Shown piece by piece: positions 27,714 to 34,919 of a DNA stretch of 36,116 bases (its first letter is position 1; every line of letters starts with the position of its first letter). Position numbers and translations under genes: made by a program. The stretch is from a virus (Duplodnaviria; Caudoviricetes). The DNA lies in the IMG/VR virus record IMGVR_UViG_3300036546_000221, positions 1-36,116 of that record. One strand, written 5' to 3'. The notes beneath the pieces were generated by a model. It did no database searches and was not told the DNA's origin. It worked only from the letters and a program-made list of their open reading frames with translations.

Positions 27714-27888
27714 CACCGAACAAAAAAAAGTTATGGACCGCATAACCCTGCTCGCCGAACAGCTGCGCGCCGAGTTTGCAACCATCGAGCGCAGGCACAA
27801 CAAGGCCGCCGCGCGGCGCGCCCGCAAGTTAACCCTCGAGCTGGATGCGCTCCACAAACAGTTCCGAAAACTGTCAATGTCAATGTAA
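27703..27888 (+). CDS. Histone H1-like (Hc1-family) small basic protein
   Basis: NKAAARRARKLTLELDALHKQFRKLS resembles the Hc1 motif NKAAGxRARKxxLELxKxxKxFRKxS; GGAGG RBS. Confidence 0.75.
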   Translation: MTISTEQKKVMDRITLLAEQLRAEFATIERRHNKAAARRARKLTLELDALHKQFRKLSMSM

Positions 27889-27894
27889 CCATGC

Positions 27895-27924
27895 AAGCCC
27901 CGTACCGAACGGGGCTTTTTTTTT
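27895..27924 (+). terminator. Intrinsic terminator
   Basis: AAGCCCCGT-ACCGA-ACGGGGCTT followed by a T run. Confidence 0.85.
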
Positions 27925-27969
27925 ACCCGCGCATGTGCTACGCTGCAAAAAACCGCAAGGGGGGTTGTT

Positions 27970-28944
27970 GTGCCCGCAATGATACAGCCTGCCGAGGCTA
28001 AACGTATTTTTAGTATTTACAAATCATTAGGCAGCAGCGTTGCAGCCGCCGAGCAACTAGGCGTTGGACATAGCACCGTTTTGCGGCACGTCGAGGCGCA
28101 CAAGGCGTACACGTTGGGCAAGCCGTTGATAAAAAAACACCGCACGCGCGTTGTGGCCTGCGGCGATATGCATTGCGGCGCAAAAAGTGGCTTGACACCC
28201 CCCGTGTGGTGGTACCCTATAGAACCAGATATGCCGCCAGAACGCCGCATGTGGGCTGAGCTGCAGCGGGAAACGTGGGCGCAATATACCGCGTGGCTTG
28301 AGGCGCTGCAGCCCATTGATGTGTTAATCGTCAATGGCGACTGTATAGACGGGCCGGGGCGGCGCAGCGGTGGCACGGAGCTCATCACGCCCAGCATGAC
28401 GGAGCAGGCCGAAATAGCCGCCACGTGCATACGCGAGGCGAGGGCGCGCCGTGTCTATATAACGCACGGTACGCCCTACCACACCGCACTGGACGGCGAG
28501 GACGTGGAGGCCATAATTGCCCGCGAGGTTGGCGGCAGCGTGCACGACCACCTATGGCTGGACGTTGACGGCGTTGTTTTTGACGTCAAACACAAGGTCG
28601 GCAGCAGCGGCATACCGCACGGGCGCAACACAGCGGTAAATAAAGAAAAATTATGGAATGACCTTTGGGCAGAAATAGGCGGCGCGCCGAAAGCCGATGT
28701 TTTTTTGCGTTCGCATGTCCACTACTACCGCAAAAGCGAGGACCCTACATATATGGCCATGACGTTGCCCGCACTGCAGGCACCGTTAACTAAATACGGC
28801 GCGCGCCAATGCAGCGGCGTTGTCCATTGGGGCGTGGTGTATTTTGATGTGTACACGGGCACAGGCCCCGCCCTTCGGCGGGTTGAGGCTAACACATTGA
28901 TACGTTACCTGCAGGCGTGCGCGCCGGTTCTGGTGCGGGCATAA
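27970..28944 (+). CDS. Calcineurin-like metallophosphoesterase with N-terminal HTH
   Basis: GDMHCG, NGDCIDG, HGTPYH, VKHK, RSHVH; AAAEQLGVGHSTVLRH HTH. Confidence 0.85.
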   Translation: MPAMIQPAEAKRIFSIYKSLGSSVAAAEQLGVGHSTVLRHVEAHKAYTLGKPLIKKHRTRVVACGDMHCGAKSGLTPPVWWYPIEPDMPPERRMWAELQRETWAQYTAWLEALQPIDVLIVNGDCIDGPGRRSGGTELITPSMTEQAEIAATCIREARARRVYITHGTPYHTALDGEDVEAIIAREVGGSVHDHLWLDVDGVVFDVKHKVGSSGIPHGRNTAVNKEKLWNDLWAEIGGAPKADVFLRSHVHYYRKSEDPTYMAMTLPALQAPLTKYGARQCSGVVHWGVVYFDVYTGTGPALRRVEANTLIRYLQACAPVLVRA

Positions 28945-28969
28945 AAAAGCCCCCACGTAACGTGGGGGC
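28943..28969 (-). terminator. Intrinsic terminator at the convergence point
   Basis: GCCCCCACG-loop-CGTGGGGGC plus T6 on the minus strand. Confidence 0.8.
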
Positions 28970-29006
28970 CAACCTAGGTTGCCCTTACGGGACTTGGATG
29001 TGGTAT
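28943..29006 (-). ncRNA. Predicted small RNA 2 (~64 nt)
   Basis: Minus-strand TTGACG-N17-TAATGT (29041-29013); no ORF; CCC-GUAA-GGG and CAACCUAGGUUG stems; then a terminator. Confidence 0.55.
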
Positions 29007-29037
29007 TTTTTTACATTACGGCATCATAAAATAATCG

Positions 29038-29199
29038 TCAAGCCCGCACCGGCCTGCCGTACCGGTCATACCCGCGCCGCTCGCAGTACATGGCGCACCT
29101 AATCGGGCAGCCAACAGCAAAACACATGCGCATGGGCAGCGTTTTCTTTTCCTGTTCGTTCTGGCAGTAGGTGGTCAGCGGTTTATTGGCGGTCAGCAC
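29038..29199 (-). CDS. Small Cys-rich hypothetical protein (53 aa)
   Basis: GGGGAG RBS then GTG; MLTANKPLTTYC...CFAVGCPIRCAMYC; below the ORF-track length cutoff. Confidence 0.45.
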   Translation of the reverse strand: MLTANKPLTTYCQNEQEKKTLPMRMCFAVGCPIRCAMYCERRGYDRYGRPVRA

Positions 29200-29201
29200 A
29201 G

Positions 29202-29555
29202 TTACTCCCCGCCGCTATTCGCGGCGTTTATAATTTCTTCGTCCCTCGCCAACTCGGCGTCCAGCCTGCTTGTGTACCGGCTGATGTACGATGGGATTTT
29301 TTCAAGGTAGGCATACAGCATTGATTCCACATCAGCTGCAAAACTGCCGTCTAAACGCAACCGCTCTGCGGCAGCACGCAGTGCAAATTCTCTGCTGGCG
29401 TTTAAGATTTCGTCACCAATCCCAGCGTGCAGCCCTGCACTCGCACGCGCCTCGTCCCTATCCTGCCGCACAACAAGTGCGCGCTCAATATCAAGAGTTT
29501 CGACAGCATACTGCGCAGCCTCGGCTACATATTGACTAAGCGTTTTGTTTCTCAT
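29202..29555 (-). CDS. Hypothetical protein
   Basis: GGGGAG RBS; ends NAANSGGE. Confidence 0.65.
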   Translation of the reverse strand: MRNKTLSQYVAEAAQYAVETLDIERALVVRQDRDEARASAGLHAGIGDEILNASREFALRAAAERLRLDGSFAADVESMLYAYLEKIPSYISRYTSRLDAELARDEEIINAANSGGE

Positions 29556-29557
29556 AA

Positions 29558-29884
29558 CTACTCCCCGCCGCCGTTCGCGGCTTCATTCAGCATAATGTAA
29601 ACGTCTGTCAACGCTTCCCGCCCACACTGCCCGTCCTCGCTGATTTTTCGTGCGGCGTCGGCGGTAAATACCGAGCCAGCTCCGTTTTCTGTCGCGTCTT
29701 CAACCTCTACGTTGCGCTCGTCTACAACCTGAACAACTCGCACCAACCCCCCGCCATATGTCGCCAATGAGCGCGGCGGGTAAACCTCGCCAACGCGCTT
29801 AACAATTTTCTCGCGCTCCTTCTCAAAGGCATTAACCTCCTTACAAAGGAACAAGTACGCCCTGTGCCGCTGATGATTTGTCAT
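29558..29884 (-). CDS. Hypothetical protein
   Basis: GGGAG RBS; ends EAANGGGE. Confidence 0.65.
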   Translation of the reverse strand: MTNHQRHRAYLFLCKEVNAFEKEREKIVKRVGEVYPPRSLATYGGGLVRVVQVVDERNVEVEDATENGAGSVFTADAARKISEDGQCGREALTDVYIMLNEAANGGGE

Positions 29885-29971
29885 GGTGTTTACTCCCTGC
29901 CCCGCACCATATTGAGGGCTAATGTTTCCGCCGGGCGCGCACTACACCCGCCCGGCTTCTTGGTTTTTCCG

Positions 29972-30349
29972 CTACCAACGGCTTGCAACAAATTCGGCTA
30001 TTTTTTCAGCGTATGCGGCAATGTTGCGGCATGTTATGCGCTGTGTTGGCCGCCTGCACTCGCCGCGGTAAATGGCCGTTACAAACCAGCCAGTTGCCCC
30101 GCGCTCAAGCGTAAAATGTGTGCTTTCAGGCGTGCCCTTATATGCGCCGGGGAACTCCTGTGCGTTCATATCGCAATCAAAAACAAGTCCCGCCCAGTCT
30201 TTTTTGTACATCAAACCCTTGAGGCGCTGTTCAATACCGCCGATAGCCCATTCAACATCTGCCGCAACGATTGTGCGCACACTGGCGCGGGCCTGCGCGT
30301 CGTTAATGGCGGCGGTCAGTTTCTCTGTGCGCGTTACGTTGATTTTCAT
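29972..30349 (-). CDS. Hypothetical early protein
   Basis: First gene after promoter C; AAGGAG RBS. Confidence 0.75.
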   Translation of the reverse strand: MKINVTRTEKLTAAINDAQARASVRTIVAADVEWAIGGIEQRLKGLMYKKDWAGLVFDCDMNAQEFPGAYKGTPESTHFTLERGATGWFVTAIYRGECRRPTQRITCRNIAAYAEKIAEFVASRW

Positions 30350-30445
30350 GATATTGCTCCTTGCTTTTTATGTCCCGTCCGGCTTTCCCGCCGTCCGTGA
30401 CTAATAAATAGCAAAACAGCAAAACACCGTCAAGCACTTTTGCAA
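30347..30445 (-). promoter_or_regulatory. Repeated promoter-leader module, copy C
   Basis: TTGCAAAAGTGCTTGACGG; TTGACG-N17-TATTTA; CACGGACGGC..AGCCGGAC; AAGGAGCAA RBS. Confidence 0.7.
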
Positions 30446-30479
30446 AAAAATATGCCCCCGCCTGAAAAAAGACGGGGGC
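30444..30479 (-). terminator. Probable terminator
   Basis: GCCCCCG/CGGGGGC stem followed by ATATTTTTTT on the minus strand. Confidence 0.55.
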
Positions 30480-30485
30480 CGGTGG

Positions 30486-30725
30486 TTACGATTCGTTGCC
30501 GGTTTCCCATTCGCGCTCATAAACTCGCTGACAGCACGCCGCTATATGTGCGCACACGGCCTCGAGGTCCGCCCGTTCCATGCCGGGGCCTAGCTGCCCG
30601 GCAGCTGCCTTTATAGCCGCCACGGATACAAACTCGCTGCGCCCGTTGAACGGGTGCACTGTGCGCAATGCCGCCCGTGCCCGCGCCACGGCATCGGTAA
30701 AATCAGGCCGCGCCATCGCGTTCAC
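30486..30725 (-). CDS. Hypothetical protein
   Basis: GGAGG RBS; operon packing. Confidence 0.55.
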   Translation of the reverse strand: MNAMARPDFTDAVARARAALRTVHPFNGRSEFVSVAAIKAAAGQLGPGMERADLEAVCAHIAACCQRVYEREWETGNES

Positions 30726-30924
30726 GCACCACCTCCCGGCGGATTATACACCACACGCCAGCCGCCACTATACACAGCGACACAGGCCAAAAAACCGATA
30801 TAACCAGCACGGTACCGACGCCGACGTCAACCGAGTATGCCGCAGGGCCACAATACAGGCATACAGCAAACAGCCACAGGGCGATTACCGCATACGTAAT
30901 GCCAATTATAGTCCAGACGTCCAC
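30703..30924 (-). CDS. Small two-TMD membrane protein
   Basis: Two hydrophobic helices with a FWP motif; GGAGG RBS. Confidence 0.65.
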   Translation of the reverse strand: MDVWTIIGITYAVIALWLFAVCLYCGPAAYSVDVGVGTVLVISVFWPVSLCIVAAGVWCIIRREVVRERDGAA

Positions 30925-30950
30925 AATAGCCTCCGGTTTTTAGGGGTTGT

Positions 30951-31028
30951 TTACCATGTGCGCGCTGTTTTTATAACTATAGGGCGCCAGTCACGGTTAC
31001 ATATTGCAATATCGTGGTACCGTTCCAT
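30951..31028 (-). CDS. Possible 25-aa microprotein
   Basis: GGAGG RBS then ATG; MERYHDIAICNRDWRPIVIKTARTW. Confidence 0.35.
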   Translation of the reverse strand: MERYHDIAICNRDWRPIVIKTARTW

Positions 31029-31042
31029 TGTGGCCTCCGTTT

Positions 31043-31471
31043 TTACCAGCCGCGCTCGCGGCTATATTTTCGCAGGTTTTCCCATGCGTAACTGTCGGCG
31101 TACATATCCAGCGGTATGTAGTTCGCGTCGAGCTGGTACGCCTCGTCGCCAACCATCCACGGGTCGCCGAGGGGCCGCCAGTCTATGCACCCTGTTGAGC
31201 GTTGCCGCCGGTTAAACTCGTTGCGGCACTCCACATTGCCGCACGTGCGCTGCACGGACATTTTCTGCGTGGTGTACAAACGCATGCAGACAGCACAGTA
31301 CCGCGACTCGGTTTTTGCCCTGTCGCGCTTTTTCCGCATGCTCTGCCGGTGCCGTTCGGTTGTTATGCGGTGCTGGCACACCCGGCACCGGTATTGCCGC
31401 GCACTGCCGGGCTTAAACATCTTGCCACATACCGGGCATTTTTTTTCGGGCAGGTTGTAGTATTTCGGCAT
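31043..31471 (-). CDS. Zinc-finger hypothetical protein
   Basis: CPVC..CRVC..CAVC..CGNVEC. Confidence 0.7.
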   Translation of the reverse strand: MPKYYNLPEKKCPVCGKMFKPGSARQYRCRVCQHRITTERHRQSMRKKRDRAKTESRYCAVCMRLYTTQKMSVQRTCGNVECRNEFNRRQRSTGCIDWRPLGDPWMVGDEAYQLDANYIPLDMYADSYAWENLRKYSRERGW

Positions 31472-31788
31472 TACTGCGCTACCTCCGTGGCGCCGGGCAC
31501 CAACGGCTCATAATTGTATGTCCTGAGCGCCTCGCTTGTGCTGTGGGTGATTATTTCCTTTGCGGCCCAGGAATCGAGGCTGCTGTTTTTGGCTATATGT
31601 TTGGCACCGGCATGCATAGCCTCAGCAGCCGCGCAGGCATACAACCATGCCAGCGTTGCGACAATATCGCGCTCGTCGGCGTCGGCTGAAACTTTGATAC
31701 CATCGGCACGCGCGTTGGTTTTAACGCTGCCGTCGGCCTGCAGCTCAACATTTATGTATATATTGCCATTTGCCATCGTTGCCCCCAT
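31471..31788 (-). CDS. Hypothetical protein
   Basis: TAATG coupling to the next gene. Confidence 0.6.
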   Translation of the reverse strand: MGATMANGNIYINVELQADGSVKTNARADGIKVSADADERDIVATLAWLYACAAAEAMHAGAKHIAKNSSLDSWAAKEIITHSTSEALRTYNYEPLVPGATEVAQ

Positions 31789-31793
31789 GCGTT

Positions 31794-32201
31794 TTAAAAT
31801 TGCCGCCCTTCGGCGTCCACATAAACAACATACCGCCCGCCGTCACCACGGCTGTGAATTTGCGCCTCAACCTCGCCACGTACAACATGGCTGAGCAGGT
31901 GCTGCACTATGCACCGCTGTGCGGGCAAAACCCTGCCGCAGCACAGGCACCGCATGGTTGCATCGCCGGTACCAACCGGCACAACCAGCGGCGTATACGG
32001 CTGCGCCGGTGTGTAGGCGTGCGCAGTGCCAGCCGGTGTGGGTTGTGTGTTGTTGCCGCCACCGCGTAGCAGGCCGCGTGCGTGCTGTGTTGCCGCGTGC
32101 AGTACATAGCCGCGCAGCGACATGCCGCAGGCCGTGGCAGCTTCCCGCAAACTGGCGGCGGTTGCCCCGTCCGTAACCTCGATTTTTATGTGTGTTGCCA
32201 T
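31794..32201 (-). CDS. Ribbon-helix-helix (DUF1778-like) protein 3 with C-terminal CxCC/CxxxH motif
   Basis: HIKIEVT...LREAATACGMSLRGYVLHAA. Confidence 0.65.
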   Translation of the reverse strand: MATHIKIEVTDGATAASLREAATACGMSLRGYVLHAATQHARGLLRGGGNNTQPTPAGTAHAYTPAQPYTPLVVPVGTGDATMRCLCCGRVLPAQRCIVQHLLSHVVRGEVEAQIHSRGDGGRYVVYVDAEGRQF

Positions 32202-32218
32202 ATGTTGCCCCGTGCCCG

Positions 32219-32644
32219 TCAACCGGGAAGGCTGTCGAGTGTATTTTCAATATCAGTAATGCGATTCTCGAGCCGCAACACTTTGTTGCGAAGATCGATT
32301 ATATCAACCTCACTGCTTGGAACAGTAGGGCCATCATTGACGCACACATTTGCTTTCAAGCGTGCGTTCTCGGCGCGCAGTTGGTCAAGCAAACCGCACG
32401 TTTCGCATGCCGTCTTGTCCTTGCGCCCCGCACCGGCGTGCACTACTGTTCTGTCGGTGCCGAATGCGCTTTCAACAGCATTATCATCAAACCCCCAAGG
32501 CTCACCGGCGAACAGCCGCGCCGTGTGTTTGGCGGCGGCATAAAGCGTGTACTGCCGCAGCGACATGCCGCAGGCCGTGGCGGCAAAGCGCAGCCCCTTT
32601 CCGATAACATCGTCTGTGCATTTAATCTGTATATGGGTTGTCAT
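32219..32644 (-). CDS. Ribbon-helix-helix protein 2 with coiled-coil C-terminus
   Basis: HIQIKCT...LRFAATACGMSLRQYTLYAA; CETC; heptad repeats. Confidence 0.65.
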   Translation of the reverse strand: MTTHIQIKCTDDVIGKGLRFAATACGMSLRQYTLYAAAKHTARLFAGEPWGFDDNAVESAFGTDRTVVHAGAGRKDKTACETCGLLDQLRAENARLKANVCVNDGPTVPSSEVDIIDLRNKVLRLENRITDIENTLDSLPG

Positions 32645-32662
32645 ACATACGCCTCCTGCCAC

Positions 32663-33043
32663 CTAAAACGGCGGCTCTTCGTCCATTACAAGCGCGTTAA
32701 TAGCCGCATCAGTCATACCATCCGCCAGCAGGCGCTCGCGCAGCTTTTGCGCCACATACTGCAAATCGCTGATTTCATTCTCAAGCTGCTGCAGGCGTTC
32801 GGCGTTGTCTACGGCCCTTCCGCCCACCTGTTCAATGGCTGTAAGCGGCCCGCGTCTGCGCATACTATCGGGGCGCGTGGGTTTTGCTGCCCCCTGTAGG
32901 CCGCTATTTTCGATGATCATAGCGGCGTGCTCAATGGCAGCATGCAAACAGAAACCCAACACCGGGGATTGTGTGAGGGCTGCGGCAGTTTTCAGGTATG
33001 CGTATTCCTCGCCGGTGAGGTCGCGCAAAACGATACTGGGCAT
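32663..33043 (-). CDS. Ribbon-helix-helix protein 1 with coiled coil and acidic PF tail
   Basis: SIVLRDLTGEEYAYLKTAAALTQSPVLGFCLHAA; ends DEEPPF; GGAGG RBS. Confidence 0.6.
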   Translation of the reverse strand: MPSIVLRDLTGEEYAYLKTAAALTQSPVLGFCLHAAIEHAAMIIENSGLQGAAKPTRPDSMRRRGPLTAIEQVGGRAVDNAERLQQLENEISDLQYVAQKLRERLLADGMTDAAINALVMDEEPPF

Positions 33044-33101
33044 GATAAAAACCTCCATATAGTGTTATCACCGGGGCGGCACGGCGCCTGCCCACGTCCA
33101 A

Positions 33102-33130
33102 AAAGTAGCAAGCCGTAAACAATTTTGCAA
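33102..33130 (-). promoter_or_regulatory. Promoter of the RHH operon
   Basis: TTGCAA-N17-TACTTT. Confidence 0.55.
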
Positions 33131-33203
33131 GCAAAAAAGTTAAAAAAGTGCACAGGTGTGCGTTTATAATATTAACAATTGTTATAGCGGTGGGTTACAT
33201 GCG

Positions 33204-33445
33204 TTACCCACAACATTAACAACAATAACCCACAAGGTTTACAACTTTAACGCACAACGGTGCATGCTTTAACGCACAGTGTTAACAGGTGTAACCCACA
33301 AGGGCACACTATGTCGCCAACAACTGTTAACGTTGTAACGCACAGTGTTAACGCCTATAACCTACATATGTAAAAAAAGTAACCCACTCTGGTACACTTT
33401 GTGGGCAACAGGTGTAACCCACATATGTAAAAACAGTAACCCATA
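33204..33445. repeat. Degenerate 22-bp-phased iteron-like array (core TAAC[C/G]CACA)
   Basis: Cores start at 33204, 33226, 33248, 33270, 33292, (33314 degenerate), 33336, 33358, 33380, then 33415 and 33437. Confidence 0.85.
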
Positions 33446-33599
33446 TAGTGCACAATGTATGCGCGTGTGCACTATGTTTGCGCACACTATGGCACAAAAA
33501 AGCCCAAAAAGCGCAACTACAGTGCTACTAGTGCTCTCGCCCGATTGCCATATATGCCGCATGGTTAATGCTCAAAGTTTACATAACTCTGGGGTTACT

Positions 33600-33800
33600 T
33601 TCAAAAACATAGACCTTATGTAAAACACATAAAACCCCAACCCCCTTTTTTCCCCATGTATCTTATTTTTTTTTTACCCCATATATATAATCCTTTTTAA
33701 AGTAGATATATATATAATAAGGGGCTTAAATTGCTTAACTTTTTTCCGGTTTACTAGTGCTTTTTTTGGGGTTTACTTTTATGCAAAAAATCATGCGTAA
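33600..33800. other. AT-rich segment, possible DNA-unwinding element
   Basis: Poly-T runs and ATATATATA tracts in an otherwise GC-rich genome, next to the iteron-like array. Confidence 0.5.
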
Positions 33801-34034
33801 CTTATTGCAATTGCTGGCTATAATGCCGCAGGACACTAGTACTCCTAGTCAAAGCTGCCGGTATCATTGCTGTTTTTTTGCCGGCACTGTGTAAAGCGTT
33901 GAAATATTTAACCGCACAGCGTATCCCCATGCCATTTTTGCAAAACACACATAAGCCGCCGTAATGCAAAACTTTATGGCGTTTTTACTAGTTGTTTCGG
34001 CACACCTGCACGTGCTGGCTGCTGCAAAAAACAA

Positions 34035-34063
34035 TTGCAATTGTGCCACGGCGTGCGTATAAA
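34035..34063 (+). promoter_or_regulatory. Promoter of the PAPS-reductase/MTase genes
   Basis: TTGCAA-N17-TATAAA; shares TTGCAATTGTGCC with the cro promoter. Confidence 0.5.
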
Positions 34064-34121
34064 ACACGGAACAACACCCGTGCAGGCAGGTACGCCGCAG
34101 GGGAAACGCGTAGGTACGTGC

Positions 34122-34865
34122 ATGGATAAAAACAACGTAATATCGCTGTCGGGCGGGAAGGACTCAACCGCAATGTTGATAGGCATGTTGGAACGCGGCG
34201 AACGCGTGCACAGTGTGTTTTTTTTCGATACTGGTTGGGAGTTCCCGCAAATGTATGAACACCTCGACAAGCTCGAAGCGTATACCGGCGTAAAAATAAC
34301 ACGGATTCACCCCGAAAGGCCGTTTACATACTGGATGCTCGAAAGGCCAGTTATTGCGCGCAAGGGTGAAAATAAGGGCAAAGTGCACAGGGTTGGAAAC
34401 GGCTGGCCATCAGCACGCCGCCGGTGGTGTACGCGTGAAAAGGTGCGGGCAATAGGGGTTGCAACAAAAGGCATACCAAATCCGGTTGACTGCATTGGTA
34501 TAGCCGCCGATGAAGTGCACAGAACGCAAAAGAAGAGGCTGCTGTCACGCGGCGATACCGTGCGTTACCCGCTTATAGAATGGGGCATGGATGAGGCTGC
34601 GGCACTGGCATATTGCCAAAACCACGGTTTTGATTGGGGGGGGCTATATAAACATTTTCGGCGCGTTTCCTGTTATTGCTGCCCGCTACAGCGCATCGGC
34701 GACATACGTACGTTGCGGCGGCACTTTCCCGAACTGTGGCAACAGATGTTGGAATGGGACAGGGCTATTGATAGCAACATAGGTTTTTACAATTACGACA
34801 CGGTGCATGACCTCGAGCGTAGGTTTACCGAGGAAGACAGGCAGTTTAAACTATTAGGGGCATAG
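34122..34865 (+). CDS. PAPS reductase family (PP-loop) protein
   Basis: SLSGGKDS, FFDTGWEFP, RRWCT..K, GIAADE, RVSCYCCP. Confidence 0.9.
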   Translation: MDKNNVISLSGGKDSTAMLIGMLERGERVHSVFFFDTGWEFPQMYEHLDKLEAYTGVKITRIHPERPFTYWMLERPVIARKGENKGKVHRVGNGWPSARRRWCTREKVRAIGVATKGIPNPVDCIGIAADEVHRTQKKRLLSRGDTVRYPLIEWGMDEAAALAYCQNHGFDWGGLYKHFRRVSCYCCPLQRIGDIRTLRRHFPELWQQMLEWDRAIDSNIGFYNYDTVHDLERRFTEEDRQFKLLGA

Positions 34866-34919
34866 CAATGCATAAAAAAATAGACAAACTGCGCGGCTAT
34901 GTGGCCGCCGGGTGAACAA

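Noticed and set aside
33204-33445. CRISPR or mini-array interpretation of the phased repeats
   Set aside because: The conserved core is only 9 bp, and the 13-bp intervals resemble each other; no cas genes are present
33345-33623. ORFs across the repeat region (33345-33623 +, 33362-33562 -)
   Set aside because: The translations merely mirror the DNA repeats and have no RBS
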